A DNA stretch of 64,000 bases from Aureliella sp. (GCA_963691875.1 OY829846.1:128001-192000); one strand, 5' to 3'; counted from the first letter of the stretch, positions 27,498 to 38,631 are shown. Numbers and translations: made by a program. The notes: generated by a model from the sequence alone, not told the origin.

Positions 27498-29726
27498 GTG
27501 ATTGCTACTGCCCGCGCATCCACAGGACCGTCGAGCACTTTCTCACCTGGAGCAGGACTGACCGAAAGCGAGCGACACCGGGTGGAGGATACCCGAAGCC
27601 GAGCTCGAAAACGACAACGTCAAATATACGACGAAGCCGCGAGTCTTGGGGATCTACCATACTGCAAGGACATTGGGAGAAGGCGAGCTTGTGGACAATC
27701 CCTCTTGGAGTTTTTGATTCGGTATTTTCCGCATAGCACGGGGCTAAGCCCACTTGGGGAAGACCAACTTGCTTGCGTGGCAAGAATGCAGGTCGCGATC
27801 GAGGAAGAAGGCTGGGTCACAAATGTCATGCCTCGTGGATTCATCAAATCCACAATGTCTGAGAACTCTCTGCTTTGGGCTCTGCTTTATGGGAAACGTC
27901 GCTACGCGATGTTCTTCGCAGGAACAGCAGGACTAGCTGAGAAGGGAGTCGCCTCTGTCCTGAGCGAGTTGATTACGAACGATCTGCTTCTTGAGGATTT
28001 TCCAGAAGCTTGTATTCCGTTTCGTGCCCTTGAAGGCAAGACCATTCGTGCGAACTACCAGACGTATCGCGGGCAAGCAACGAACTTAGAATGCAAAAAG
28101 GATCTTCTCCGGTTTGCTAATATTCCGGGCTTCGAAGGTGCAGGCGCGATCCTTGAAGCTTACGGCGTTTTGGCTCCTCCTCGTGGTGCCCGGTACAAGA
28201 ACGAGAAAGGAGAGAACGTTCGCCCTGACCTTGCAGTGATCGATGACCCTAGTACCGACGACTCCGCAAAAAGCGATACACAAAATGCGAGTCGTCTCAG
28301 GTATATCAAGAACTCTATTTCGATGATGGGAGGACACGGCAGCGAGATGTCTCTCGTGATCAATGCAACGATCATTGCAGAGGGAGACTTAGCTTCTAGG
28401 TTGACCGACCCTGAAGAGAGTCCCGAGATCCAAGGTGTCCGCGTAGCGATGGTGAAGGAGATGCCGGATGCCTTGGAATCACATTGGCTGAAAGAGTATG
28501 CAGAGATACGTCGGAACTACGACCGAGACAACCCGCGAGGAAGAGTAGAGGCGAAAGAGAGATCGACGCAGTTCCTCAAGGAGAACTACGAGGTCATGCA
28601 CGCGGGATCTAAAGTCGCTTGGGAGAACATCGGTTTGGAGCGTACGGAAATCTCAGCTTTGCAGCACGCTCTAAATATCCTGATCGACAAAGGACCGGAT
28701 ACGTTCTGGGCAGAGTGCCAAAACAAACCTTTGCGTCCTCAGGGTATCGAGTCGTTAGAAATCACGAAGGATGTCGAAACCAGGTACTCCGGGCTGTCGG
28801 AGAAGATCGTACCTAATGACACTTCTTTCTTGGTTTTCGGAGTCGACGTTCACGCCGAGCTGCTCTATTTCACGGTCACCGCAGTCCAGCACGACTTCAC
28901 TGGAACCGTTATTGACTACGGGACTTTTCCAGAGCAGCCAAACGACATCTTCACTCTCCGAAGCGCGAAGAACACTCTTACAAAGCATTACTCTCTAGAG
29001 AAACAGAAGCTTGGTAACGAACGAGCGATTGAACAGGGAGTAGAAGACCTTGTCCATGAACTTTTGAACTCAGCTTACCGTACCGCGAACGGCGACCTTT
29101 TCCCGGTGACCGGAGGTGCTGTTGATATTGGGTACAAGCAAACTGAGTGCAAGAACGCTATTCGGCGACTGCTTCCTGCATCGGACAAGGTGATTCTGAC
29201 TCGCGGTATCGGCATCGGAGCCGTAAAGAAACCGATGCGAGAGTACGATCTTTCGGCGAAGAAAGTGATTCGATACGGACCTTCGATCGAAGACCCCCGG
29301 TGGATCGTTCCTTCATCTGGGAGGGACGGAGAATTGTATGAAGTGCAATTTGACTCCAACTTCTGGAAGGCAGTTGTAGCTAGCCGATTGACACAAAGCG
29401 CAACGAAATCTCGCTGGGATCTATATGGTTCTAGCAACCTTCGAACGAACCATATCCACTTTGCGAAGCATCTAATGGCTGAGCAAGCTACGCAGGTTTC
29501 TGCAAACGGTCGTGTAGTTGATGAATTTAATGTCGTTGGACACCAGGACAACCACTGGTTTGACACAACAGTCCAGTGTGCTGTGACTGCTAGTCTCTGT
29601 GGTGCAGTGCTGCCAGTAGCGGCTGTGGCACCCCTCCGAGCAGACCCAACACCGACACCAAAGATGGTTTCTGACTTGGAAATGGATCTTGGCGACGAAC
29701 GTCCGTTCCTGATTACAGCAAGATAG
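27498..29726 (+). CDS. Terminase large subunit with GpA-like nuclease domain
   Basis: MPRGFIKST Walker A-like, RPDLAVIDDP Walker B, ECQNKP, GVDV, NHWFD; upstream of the portal gene. Confidence 0.88.
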   Translation: MIATARASTGPSSTFSPGAGLTESERHRVEDTRSRARKRQRQIYDEAASLGDLPYCKDIGRRRACGQSLLEFLIRYFPHSTGLSPLGEDQLACVARMQVAIEEEGWVTNVMPRGFIKSTMSENSLLWALLYGKRRYAMFFAGTAGLAEKGVASVLSELITNDLLLEDFPEACIPFRALEGKTIRANYQTYRGQATNLECKKDLLRFANIPGFEGAGAILEAYGVLAPPRGARYKNEKGENVRPDLAVIDDPSTDDSAKSDTQNASRLRYIKNSISMMGGHGSEMSLVINATIIAEGDLASRLTDPEESPEIQGVRVAMVKEMPDALESHWLKEYAEIRRNYDRDNPRGRVEAKERSTQFLKENYEVMHAGSKVAWENIGLERTEISALQHALNILIDKGPDTFWAECQNKPLRPQGIESLEITKDVETRYSGLSEKIVPNDTSFLVFGVDVHAELLYFTVTAVQHDFTGTVIDYGTFPEQPNDIFTLRSAKNTLTKHYSLEKQKLGNERAIEQGVEDLVHELLNSAYRTANGDLFPVTGGAVDIGYKQTECKNAIRRLLPASDKVILTRGIGIGAVKKPMREYDLSAKKVIRYGPSIEDPRWIVPSSGRDGELYEVQFDSNFWKAVVASRLTQSATKSRWDLYGSSNLRTNHIHFAKHLMAEQATQVSANGRVVDEFNVVGHQDNHWFDTTVQCAVTASLCGAVLPVAAVAPLRADPTPTPKMVSDLEMDLGDERPFLITAR

Positions 29727-29785
29727 GCGTTTTTCCTTCGGGTTATTTGTGGTAAATTTCCCGCTACAAGAAAAAAGGGCTGGAA

Positions 29786-30070
29786 ATGTCATCTTCTAAG
29801 ATCAACGCACTGTACGAAAAAGCCTGCAGCAATGCTGGCTTCTATGCGAACAACTCGCTTGCAGAGGCGAAAGACTTCCATGCTGCAGCGACCGAATTGC
29901 TTATTCGCCGTCCAGAAGAGGTCGTAATCGATGGAAACAGGACGAAGTTCGATGCAGCAAGCATGCGAAAGCTGCTCGATAAAGCAGAGAGTTTCATTGC
30001 ATCGAATGATGCGAAGATCAGCGGCAGTCCTGAAACACATATCTACAGCATGAATGACGTGAGGAGCTAG
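29786..30070 (+). CDS. gpW-like head completion protein
   Basis: Small ORF between terminase and portal; VVIDGNRTKF hairpin-like segment. Confidence 0.55.
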   Translation: MSSSKINALYEKACSNAGFYANNSLAEAKDFHAAATELLIRRPEEVVIDGNRTKFDAASMRKLLDKAESFIASNDAKISGSPETHIYSMNDVRS

Positions 30071-30071
30071 G

Positions 30072-31664
30072 ATGCCGCGCAGAGATAGCCCTCAAAACTT
30101 AGCAGAAGTTTACCAAGACCTGCGGAACGACTTCCGCGCGGCCGACCAGACTCGGTTCACGCCTCGGATGAAAGGTGTCCGAGGTACCGGCTCAGGCGCG
30201 GACTATCACTACCGTGTTGAGTCGAAGTATCTCCGCATGGTCGAGAGAGCTCGTCACTTCGAGCGGAACGACCCAGTTGTAGGACAGGGTATCACTAGAC
30301 TTGTCGCAAACGTCATGCAGCAAGGATTCACACCTGATCCACAAACAGGTGATACCGACCTGGACAGTGCGCTGAAGGAAGAGTTCAACGCCTGGGCTAA
30401 CGATGCTGATGAATGCCACAGCGAGAAAGAACTGCACTTCAAGCAAATTGAGAAGCTTGTTTTGCGATCAGCAATCCGTGATGGTGATATCTTTTCGTTC
30501 CTCCGCAAGGATGGCTCCGTTCAGTTAGTAGAAGGGCACCGGGTAAGAACACCCTTCAACACCAAACGCAATGTCGTAAACGGCATTCTTTTGGACGATG
30601 ACGCAGTCAGGCAGGAGGTGTGGGTCGCCAAAGAAGAGATTGGTACTCAGACGACCGTTCACCGAGTCAAGGATGTGCATCGCAGGAGGATCAGAGACGA
30701 GGATGGGAACAAGGTCATCCTGCAGACGTTCTTTCCTGACCGGAGCTCGCAACGTCGGGGAATCACTGCTTTAGCCCCCTGCTCTGACATTGTCGGGATG
30801 CACGATGATCTGCAGTTCACGACTCTGGTTAAAGCTCAAATGGCATCGTTGCTTGTTTTGCTGCAAGAGCGAGACGGAACTGCAGCGGGTAACGGACGTG
30901 GTCCAAATCTCGGCACACAAAGCGGATCAGGCGAGACGCAGACAGATGACAACGGGTTCATCAAACAGATCTCCGGACTGCAAGCAGGCTTGCACGTTCG
31001 CCCTCCCAAGGGTGAGACAATCAAAGGCTTTGCGCCAAACATCCCGAACCCAGAGTTCTTTCCTCATACGATGCTGCTGTTGACCTTTGTCAGTATCAAC
31101 CTGGATCTGCCGTTACAGGTTCTACTGCTTGACCCTCAGAAGAGCAGCTTCAGTTCTTGGCGAGGTGCTATCGATCAAGCACGAGTTCGCTACCGAGAGA
31201 TTCAGTCGGACTACACAAAACAATGGCATGTGCCAATTTGGAAATGGAGAGCACGAAGAGCCTATGATGCCTCACCAGCCATCCGGCAGATGGTGGATAG
31301 GAACCCTCGCTGGTTAGTGCATCAGTGGAAACCTCCTTCCTTTCCGTACATTGAGCCTCATAAGGATGCACAGGCAGATGCACTGCAACAGGACCGTTTC
31401 CTAAGCAGCCCACGTCGTATCCACGGCAGAAAAGGCGATGAATATGAAGAGATTGTTGCGGAGATCATCGCGGATAGGAAACTGCTGATCGTCGGAGCAC
31501 TCGAAGCGACTCGCGAGATCAATGAGAAATACGAAGAAGCGAACCTGAGTTTCCGGGACTTCCTATCTGAAGACCTTGGAGCGAAGCCCAGAAGTCCGGT
31601 CAATCTTGACCGTCAGGAAGAGAACGGTGAGCAACCTGTCAATGTTCCAGCAGGAGCTGAGTAG
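30072..31664 (+). CDS. Portal protein, lambda family
   Basis: RARHFERND, GFTP, RDGDIF, RGITALAP, SFSSWR, YIEPHKD motifs. Confidence 0.9.
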   Translation: MPRRDSPQNLAEVYQDLRNDFRAADQTRFTPRMKGVRGTGSGADYHYRVESKYLRMVERARHFERNDPVVGQGITRLVANVMQQGFTPDPQTGDTDLDSALKEEFNAWANDADECHSEKELHFKQIEKLVLRSAIRDGDIFSFLRKDGSVQLVEGHRVRTPFNTKRNVVNGILLDDDAVRQEVWVAKEEIGTQTTVHRVKDVHRRRIRDEDGNKVILQTFFPDRSSQRRGITALAPCSDIVGMHDDLQFTTLVKAQMASLLVLLQERDGTAAGNGRGPNLGTQSGSGETQTDDNGFIKQISGLQAGLHVRPPKGETIKGFAPNIPNPEFFPHTMLLLTFVSINLDLPLQVLLLDPQKSSFSSWRGAIDQARVRYREIQSDYTKQWHVPIWKWRARRAYDASPAIRQMVDRNPRWLVHQWKPPSFPYIEPHKDAQADALQQDRFLSSPRRIHGRKGDEYEEIVAEIIADRKLLIVGALEATREINEKYEEANLSFRDFLSEDLGAKPRSPVNLDRQEENGEQPVNVPAGAE

Positions 31665-34600
31665 TGCCAGGTGCAAAGGGCATTGAAGCAGGTAAAGCGT
31701 ACGTCTTGGTCGAGCTTCGTGAGAACATCGACCGGGGAATAGCACAACTGCGCAATCGCATGAAGCTAGTTTCAAAGGAACTAGTGGCGAACGGTAAAGC
31801 GATTGCAGGAGTAGGGATCGCAGCAACCGGTGTCTTCGCAGGGCTCGCGAAAGCATTGTCTGCCCCGATCCGTGTTGCAGCAAACATTCAAAAGACAACA
31901 GCAGAGTTCACCGCTCTCACCAGATCAGCACAGCAAGCTCGGGCGGTCATTGCCAACTTGCGAATGTTCGCTGCGCGGACTCCGCTTCAATTCGAAGGAC
32001 TAGCACAAGAGACGAGGACTCTACTCGCCTTTGGCATCGGCACCCGAAAAGCTGTCGAAGACATCATGCGGTTGTCTGAAGTGTCAGGAGGTAACCAAGA
32101 GAGACTGCAGCGGTTGGCTCTAGCATTCGGTCAAGTGGCTGCAAAGGGACGACTATTCGCAACCGAAGTCAGGCAATTTACTGAGAACGGGTTCAACCCT
32201 TTGCAAACCATTGCTGCGACGACAGGGAAGTCGATGGGTGAACTGCTTGACTTGATGGAAGATGGGCAGATCACGTTCCAAGATGTTCGGCAAGCGTTTG
32301 TTGACGTTACTAGTTCTGGTGGTCGGTTCTTTGGATTGCTACGAAAGCAGTCCCAGTCGTTGATTGGCTTGTGGACGACGCTCAAAGACTCCGTGAAGAT
32401 TGCAATTGAACCGCTTGGGCAGGAACTCATTCCACTGCTTAGCGACCTCACTCGACAAGCGATTGCCGCAGCTAACGTTGCTGGGAAATTCTTCAAGGAG
32501 AATCGAGCTCTGGCAATGTCTTTCCTGGGCATCACAGTTGCAGGACTCGCGGCAGGTGCTGCACTTGTCGGTCTGGGCGTCCCATTGATCTTGATTGGTA
32601 AGACAATGGAGGCGTTTGACCAAGTTGTACTCAAGTCGACGCGAAACTTGATCGCATTGATGCGCGTTGGTGGTACTTCTGCTAAGGCTCAAGGAGTGGT
32701 GACGGTCAAGAACGAAGTCGACGCAATGTCGAACTCTATCAGCGTTTCGACTCAGCAAACACGTCTTGATCTAACAGCACTTGGCAAAGCCTTCACTAAC
32801 GCTGCTCGTACTGCGATTGTTTCGTTCCGGAAGATCGCAACCAGCGTTACGGCAAACACATCTCGGGTCACAGCTTCTTTGACAAAACAGATCGCTCTGA
32901 TCGAAACGTATCAACAGAGGCTCTACAAGCTGCAAGCCGATATGGTCCTCGCTCCCGCAGCAGGAAAAGCATCGGCAAAGGGAGCATCGAAAGCGAGATC
33001 AGCAAAGGCAGCAGCTGACGCAACAAAATCAGCAGCTAGTCGCGAAGGTGTCACGGTCGCGCAAGTAGCCGCTGGTGCGTTCGCTGGCGAACTATCAGCA
33101 GACCTATTCTCCATGTTCTCCAAGCATGAGAAAGAGTTCAAAGAAAGGGGCAAAGAACTAGCCACAGCTCTTGGAATGGAAGTTCCCAAAGAAGCCCCCG
33201 TGTTCAACAGTCTTGATCAACTAGTAGCGAAGGGAGAGGAGAACGTCCGCAAGGCCAGAAAGGGGATCACTGGGGAACTGAATGCGCTCGAAGCAATGAT
33301 CCTTCGTGGCACATCGACAGGCAAACCACCTGATCTGTTCGAGGGGATCGACGATGCGAAAACCTTCAAGAGCTTAGACACAATGGTTGATGCATCCTTG
33401 AACAAAGGTCAGCACAGTAGAAACCCTGCGACAAGGAAGTACGCGGCTTCGCTGCTAGCGGGGGCGAGGAGAGACATCGAGAAGGAAGCTCGCAGAGCGA
33501 ACCCGATGCAAGCTGTTTTGGAAGCTCTTGATCTTGCAGGACCCGGAGCAGAGCTGACTCTAGCCCGTGAGAATTCGAAACGTAAGATTGCACCTCACAT
33601 TGCTTCCTTGATGGAAGAGATACAACGAGAATCACGCAAGGCGAAAATGGATACCGCTAAACGTAGCAGCGGTAAAGGGGGATTGCTGTCGGGAATGCTA
33701 GGGGGAGTTCGTACTGGTGCATCCGGGGTTTCTCGCGTACTCGCAGGTCTCCGTGCTAGGGTCGCTGCTCTGCTAGGTCCTTTCTTGGGAACTGCGGCGA
33801 TTGTAGCAACCGTTGCAGCAGGATTCCTTTACCTTGCAAACCGAGCTGGGGTATTGCGGGACGTAATCAACAATTTGGCAGGTCCACTAAAGAAGTTTAT
33901 GGACACTGCGACAGAGACTTTTGGTGGTATCAGTGATGCTATCTCGCTTGGTGAATTCACACGCGCAATAAAGATCTTGTGGGCAGGTATCAAGACAGCA
34001 TTCTTCGAGGGTGCAGCTACGATCGTCGAGAACCTTCCAGCGATCTTCGAAAAGGGCTTGGCCTATTCGTACGCGATCATTGAGTCTTTTGCCGCCACGA
34101 TTGTGGATATCGTATTAGCCATTCCCAAGCTCATCTACGCTGGGTTCGTCGGAGGGAAGTCTATCGCGAACATCCTCGGCGACATCATTACGGGCAACTT
34201 CAAGAATGGCGAGATCCAGAAGCTGGCTGGAGGCGCCCGAAAGGAACTAGACAGCTTACTGGAAGCAAACAGTACCGATATTGAGCTCCGACGTAAACGA
34301 GAAGAAGCACGGTTACAGGAGCAAGAAGAGAAGCAGAACCAAGGTGTAGGCAGTATCGCGGACAGCCCAGATGCGGCAGTGGGAGGAGATCGCCCCGGTT
34401 CAGCAATGTCCGAAGCCACGCGAGAGGCTAGAGAACGCAATGCAGAGCTGCGAGACGAGATCATAGAGCTACGTCGGGGGAAAACGACTCTCATCCGTTT
34501 CAAAGATAGCCTGTCAGGTGTCCATCCTGCTATCACTGCAACCACGCTGCGGCTTACCCGCATGAAGAAGGCTCTCGAGGCAACCAAGGAAGCGAAAGAG

Positions 34601-35338
34601 AGAATCCAAGAGCTCAAGAATGAACGGCTAGAAGTCCAGATCGGCGCCGACGCATTGAAACGACTGACTTTGGCTCGACAAGGAGCAAACAGAGCAGTGC
34701 TGGAGCAACTGCGAATCGAGCAACAGCGGACCAAGTTCATGAGTCTTCGAAGCGACCTTCAGAACGAGATCCGCACTTTGGTTATGGGTGAAGCAGCCGC
34801 AGAACGACACCGACTTGCGATGGAAGGCCTTTCTAAGGCACAAATCGACCAGATCCAAGCCCTGCAGCAGATGAAGAACAGACTGAAAGAAACTTCTGAG
34901 TTTGCGAAACAGCTGAACCAAGAATTCAAATCGCCGTTGAAGGTATTCCAAGACCAACAGAAGAAGATCCGACAGGCACAACTGGCTGGGCTCATTTCGC
35001 AAAAGGTTGCAGCTGAGGCAAACACCGCTGCCATCAAGAAACTCCGCGAGGAGTCGGAAAAGCTTAACCAGAGAGACCCGCTGAATGCTGCAGTCACAAG
35101 AGAACAGCAGATCGAAGCGTTCCGTAAGGCAACCGAGTTCCAGCAGCAACTAGCAGACCAACAAAAGGGACGAAGAATCGCAGCTGCGACAGCGAGACAA
35201 AGAGCGGCAGCTGCAAGAAAGAACGGAGGAGTCTCAGAGCACGATCGGGTGATGCGAACCATTGCAGCGCAGACTCGTGATGGTGTGAACATGGTCGTTA
35301 GGAAGATAGGTAACGGCGGAGAGGTTGCGATCATATGA
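31664..35338 (+). CDS. Tape measure protein
   Basis: IEAGKAYV start; FAARTPLQF...LALAFGQVAAKGRL...Q tape-measure domain; 1224 aa, mostly helical. Confidence 0.9.
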   Translation: MPGAKGIEAGKAYVLVELRENIDRGIAQLRNRMKLVSKELVANGKAIAGVGIAATGVFAGLAKALSAPIRVAANIQKTTAEFTALTRSAQQARAVIANLRMFAARTPLQFEGLAQETRTLLAFGIGTRKAVEDIMRLSEVSGGNQERLQRLALAFGQVAAKGRLFATEVRQFTENGFNPLQTIAATTGKSMGELLDLMEDGQITFQDVRQAFVDVTSSGGRFFGLLRKQSQSLIGLWTTLKDSVKIAIEPLGQELIPLLSDLTRQAIAAANVAGKFFKENRALAMSFLGITVAGLAAGAALVGLGVPLILIGKTMEAFDQVVLKSTRNLIALMRVGGTSAKAQGVVTVKNEVDAMSNSISVSTQQTRLDLTALGKAFTNAARTAIVSFRKIATSVTANTSRVTASLTKQIALIETYQQRLYKLQADMVLAPAAGKASAKGASKARSAKAAADATKSAASREGVTVAQVAAGAFAGELSADLFSMFSKHEKEFKERGKELATALGMEVPKEAPVFNSLDQLVAKGEENVRKARKGITGELNALEAMILRGTSTGKPPDLFEGIDDAKTFKSLDTMVDASLNKGQHSRNPATRKYAASLLAGARRDIEKEARRANPMQAVLEALDLAGPGAELTLARENSKRKIAPHIASLMEEIQRESRKAKMDTAKRSSGKGGLLSGMLGGVRTGASGVSRVLAGLRARVAALLGPFLGTAAIVATVAAGFLYLANRAGVLRDVINNLAGPLKKFMDTATETFGGISDAISLGEFTRAIKILWAGIKTAFFEGAATIVENLPAIFEKGLAYSYAIIESFAATIVDIVLAIPKLIYAGFVGGKSIANILGDIITGNFKNGEIQKLAGGARKELDSLLEANSTDIELRRKREEARLQEQEEKQNQGVGSIADSPDAAVGGDRPGSAMSEATREARERNAELRDEIIELRRGKTTLIRFKDSLSGVHPAITATTLRLTRMKKALEATKEAKERIQELKNERLEVQIGADALKRLTLARQGANRAVLEQLRIEQQRTKFMSLRSDLQNEIRTLVMGEAAAERHRLAMEGLSKAQIDQIQALQQMKNRLKETSEFAKQLNQEFKSPLKVFQDQQKKIRQAQLAGLISQKVAAEANTAAIKKLREESEKLNQRDPLNAAVTREQQIEAFRKATEFQQQLADQQKGRRIAAATARQRAAAARKNGGVSEHDRVMRTIAAQTRDGVNMVVRKIGNGGEVAII

Positions 35339-36198
35339 CAGTCCAGACAGTGAAACTGGAGACCGTCGAGGGCGGCGAAAACGCAGATAACGTCAATTAC
35401 CGTCTGAAGTATCTCGTGTCAACTGATGACCGCGATGACGGACCATTGACGGTCCGTAACGCAGTCGGATGGGCATACGGAGACCCCTACCTACTAGGGA
35501 ACGACAGTGACCCAAGGTCAGTGGCGACAAGCATTACCGAGAACCTAGTTTCTGACGCACATTACCTCGACTGGGAAGTTGTGGTCAGCTTCGAAGCAAT
35601 TGATACCGACCTTGATCTGACGAACCCACTCAATGACCCGGTCGAAGAAGAAGTTATTTGGCGACCTGTCAGACGCCAGATCTACATTGATCGTGACGGC
35701 AACTGGATCGGGAACACAGCCGGTGACAGATACGTCGGTGGTCTCGAAGGGGAAGATAATGTTCCGAACCTTGTCTACTCGTTGAACCAAGCAGCCTTTC
35801 CTTTTGCTGTTGCGCAAGCCAATCGCAATGCGGTCAACTCCGCTATTTGGAAAGGTTTTGCTGCGAAGACTGTTAAGGTTGCCGGAATCACAAGCCGCCG
35901 CAAGTATCACAGAACAATCGGTGTGTACTACAACGTTTCTTATTCGTTCTTGACCGATGCCAATACATTTGATGTTCCCGTTCCGTCACACGGATACAAC
36001 GAGATCACTGGCACTCCTAAAAAGAAGAAGCCCATCATTGTTCAAGGCAAACGTCCTCCTTCGCCGCAACCACTAGATGCTGTCGGAAAAGCAATTGCAT
36101 TTGACCCCGACACCCGAGTATGGGCGTCACTACCAGCGGTACAGAATCACGGAATCTATCCCCTAGCCGACTTCAATTCTCTCTTCCCGTTCCTGTAG
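35335..36198 (+). CDS. Putative tail tip / distal tail protein
   Basis: Coupled to the tape measure gene; beta-rich; NTAGD motif. Confidence 0.6.
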   Translation: MTVQTVKLETVEGGENADNVNYRLKYLVSTDDRDDGPLTVRNAVGWAYGDPYLLGNDSDPRSVATSITENLVSDAHYLDWEVVVSFEAIDTDLDLTNPLNDPVEEEVIWRPVRRQIYIDRDGNWIGNTAGDRYVGGLEGEDNVPNLVYSLNQAAFPFAVAQANRNAVNSAIWKGFAAKTVKVAGITSRRKYHRTIGVYYNVSYSFLTDANTFDVPVPSHGYNEITGTPKKKKPIIVQGKRPPSPQPLDAVGKAIAFDPDTRVWASLPAVQNHGIYPLADFNSLFPFL

Positions 36199-36205
36199 CA
36201 CTGAT

Positions 36206-36460
36206 ATGTCTAGCCAGACCAAGCAAGACCAGAAAATTCTGACAGAGATCAAAAAGCACCAAGAGCGGATGGCTTTGATTGCCAGAGGTCTGCAATCTGG
36301 AAAGATTCTGCTGGAGGAAGCTGGGTTGATGCAGGCAGAGGAGATTCGCAGGTACCGAGAAAGAGCTGAGCAGGACAGAAAAGAATACCTTGAGCAGCAC
36401 AAGTTAAGGCGAGCGAAAGAAACAGGAACGCAAGAAAGGCGAGAGCCAAGCGATGGGTAG
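36206..36460 (+). CDS. Hypothetical helical protein
   Basis: 84-aa ORF in the late operon. Confidence 0.6.
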   Translation: MSSQTKQDQKILTEIKKHQERMALIARGLQSGKILLEEAGLMQAEEIRRYRERAEQDRKEYLEQHKLRRAKETGTQERREPSDG

Positions 36461-37313
36461 AACATTCGACGCAAAGTCGCAACAGCGAATCGCGGATGCA
36501 GTGCGTTGGGTGGAAGGTAGACGCACTGCTCTCGAAGAGCGTCCAGAGGACCTTGGCGACTTCTTCTATTTCGAAACAACAGAAACTGCCAACAGCGGCA
36601 CCGTTGCTGCGGACATCAAGACCTTTGATGATGACGAAGTCTTGGTTGAAGGCGGAGAGGTCAAGTATCGCGATGGAGTACTTGATGGTGAAGATACGGG
36701 ATTCAGCGGAGTCTGTATCCAATGGGGCGAGAACTATTGGCATCTAGATGCTTCAGGCAGTCGCCTGCGATTCGCTGTTTTGTTAGAAGACGCAGCAAGT
36801 AAAGGTGAACTCTGGGCGAAAGAGACAGATGAAGTCGGTGTCGATGTCACTCCAGAGAACATTTTTCAAGTAACGAATTGGGGGCAGTCCGGTCTAGGTG
36901 TATTGGCTAACTGTCTCGTTGGGTTCTTTGGGCTGTATGAACAAAAAGGCGGAAAATGGGTTTTTAAGCAAAGTGACATCTGTGCCCCCGAAGGCTGCGA
37001 GCACAGCGGAACTGTTTCAGGACTGTCACTCAGCGCTACGGAAGGAACAGCAATAACTCCAGCCCACGACATCACTGCTTCCGGCATAGAAGTAGGAACG
37101 TTCTCAGTTGGGGCTCTGCCAACAGGACTGACCTACACACCTGGACCGATTCCTGAGAACGGAGGCACGATCACTGGGACTCCAGCAGCTGGAACTGCAG
37201 GTACACATATTGTTCAGATTACCGCTGAGTCCGTAAAGACCGGACCCGGTGGAAGCCCAACGGGAAACTGCACACTGACCCGCGCTCTTGTGATTACGAT
37301 CGCAGAGGCATAG
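36453..37313 (+). CDS. Minor tail protein with C-terminal Ig-like (He_PIG-type) domain
   Basis: RIADAVRWVE N-terminus; GALPTGLT...GTITGTP motif. Confidence 0.7.
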   Translation: MGRTFDAKSQQRIADAVRWVEGRRTALEERPEDLGDFFYFETTETANSGTVAADIKTFDDDEVLVEGGEVKYRDGVLDGEDTGFSGVCIQWGENYWHLDASGSRLRFAVLLEDAASKGELWAKETDEVGVDVTPENIFQVTNWGQSGLGVLANCLVGFFGLYEQKGGKWVFKQSDICAPEGCEHSGTVSGLSLSATEGTAITPAHDITASGIEVGTFSVGALPTGLTYTPGPIPENGGTITGTPAAGTAGTHIVQITAESVKTGPGGSPTGNCTLTRALVITIAEA

Positions 37314-37350
37314 TCAGTTAGAGGGAACTCAAACACAGGATTTTTCACGG

Positions 37351-38337
37351 ATGGCTACAAACGCTAGGTATGAACGAGCACAGCAATTGTGCAGAGAGTT
37401 TCCAGATGCTGACACACGCACACTCGCAAAGAGATTGGCCAGGGAATTCAAGTGTACCATCGAGCAAGCAAGATCAAGCCTTCGTCGTGTTCGCGGACAG
37501 GTGGGCAAGGCACATCGGAAGCACGCAACGGTTCCCAAGAAAGCAGGCAAGGCTGGCGCGAAGCCCAAGCTACCGCCCAGCCAGTCGGAAGAGTGGAAGC
37601 CACTCAATCTTGATCCGGGCAAGACCTTGTGCCTGAGTGATATCCACATTCCTTACCATGACTCCGCTGCAGTTGAGGCTGCTGTCACATGGGCTCGCCG
37701 CCGGAAGCCCGACACTGTTTTGCTTAATGGCGATACGCTGGACTTTTACACGATAAGCAGGTGGATCAAAGATCCTCGCAAGCGGGACTTCAAAGCTGAG
37801 TTGGAAGCAGGAGTCGAGTTTCTACGTTGGCTGCGGAACAAATTCTCTTCGTCTCGGATTATCTTCAAGGTTGGCAATCACGAGGATCGCTGGAACCATT
37901 GGCTCTGGAATTCTGCTCCGGAAATATGCGATTTGCCCCACGTCCAATTGGATGCGATTTTGGAGCTTGATGATATCGGCATTGAGCTGATCGGAGACGG
38001 TCGTCCAGTGCAGGCTGGTAGTCTCCCGATCTTTCACGGACATGAATTGCCAAAAGGAATGACCAACCCGGTCAACATGGCACGCGGTGCGTTCTTGCGG
38101 ATGCTTGATACTGTTCTTGTGGGTCACGGTCACCGCAGCTCCAGCCACACCGAACCAAGTTGGATGCATACAGAGGTAACAACTTGGAGTCAGGGTTGCC
38201 TATGCAACCTTTATCCAGAGTATGCAAGGATCAACAAGTGGAATCACGGTTTCGCGTTCATTGAGCACGAATCCTCAGGTGAGTTCGATCTACAGAATCT
38301 AAGAATTAGTAAACAAGGAAAGGTAAGGGCATCATAA
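37351..38337 (+). CDS. Calcineurin-like metallophosphoesterase with N-terminal HTH-like domain
   Basis: SDIHIPYHD, NGDTLD, GNHEDR, HGH, GHGH motifs. Confidence 0.9.
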   Translation: MATNARYERAQQLCREFPDADTRTLAKRLAREFKCTIEQARSSLRRVRGQVGKAHRKHATVPKKAGKAGAKPKLPPSQSEEWKPLNLDPGKTLCLSDIHIPYHDSAAVEAAVTWARRRKPDTVLLNGDTLDFYTISRWIKDPRKRDFKAELEAGVEFLRWLRNKFSSSRIIFKVGNHEDRWNHWLWNSAPEICDLPHVQLDAILELDDIGIELIGDGRPVQAGSLPIFHGHELPKGMTNPVNMARGAFLRMLDTVLVGHGHRSSSHTEPSWMHTEVTTWSQGCLCNLYPEYARINKWNHGFAFIEHESSGEFDLQNLRISKQGKVRAS

Positions 38338-38621
38338 TGGAACTACTCGGAGCAACAAACATCCAAGAGACTCTTCTGATTCATGGACATGACGAAGACT
38401 TTGAGCCGTCGCCCGATTGCAACTTCGCCCCAGTCTCGTTTAATCCGGGGTCAGCTGAGAAAGTAAGGGCAATGAAAGCTCGTGTTGAAGCTGGACTGCC
38501 GTTACATCATCCGGAGGACGTAGTCGTTAGACCTTCTGCAGCAAATGGCAGAGCAGCGTTGTTCGCAAGAGAGCAGCCGATAGCAACACCGCAACGGGCT
38601 AGAAAAAACTGCAGCGATTAA
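38337..38621 (+). CDS. Hypothetical protein
   Basis: PGSAEKV...R...GLPLHHPED motif; coupled start. Confidence 0.65.
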   Translation: MELLGATNIQETLLIHGHDEDFEPSPDCNFAPVSFNPGSAEKVRAMKARVEAGLPLHHPEDVVVRPSAANGRAALFAREQPIATPQRARKNCSD

Positions 38622-38631
38622 CGTGTAGGGC

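Noticed and set aside
27498..37313. TAG stop-codon reassignment (many phage genes end in TAG; CTAG looks frequent)
   Set aside because: Genes are full length under the standard code and TAGs fall at natural gene boundaries, often overlapping the next start.
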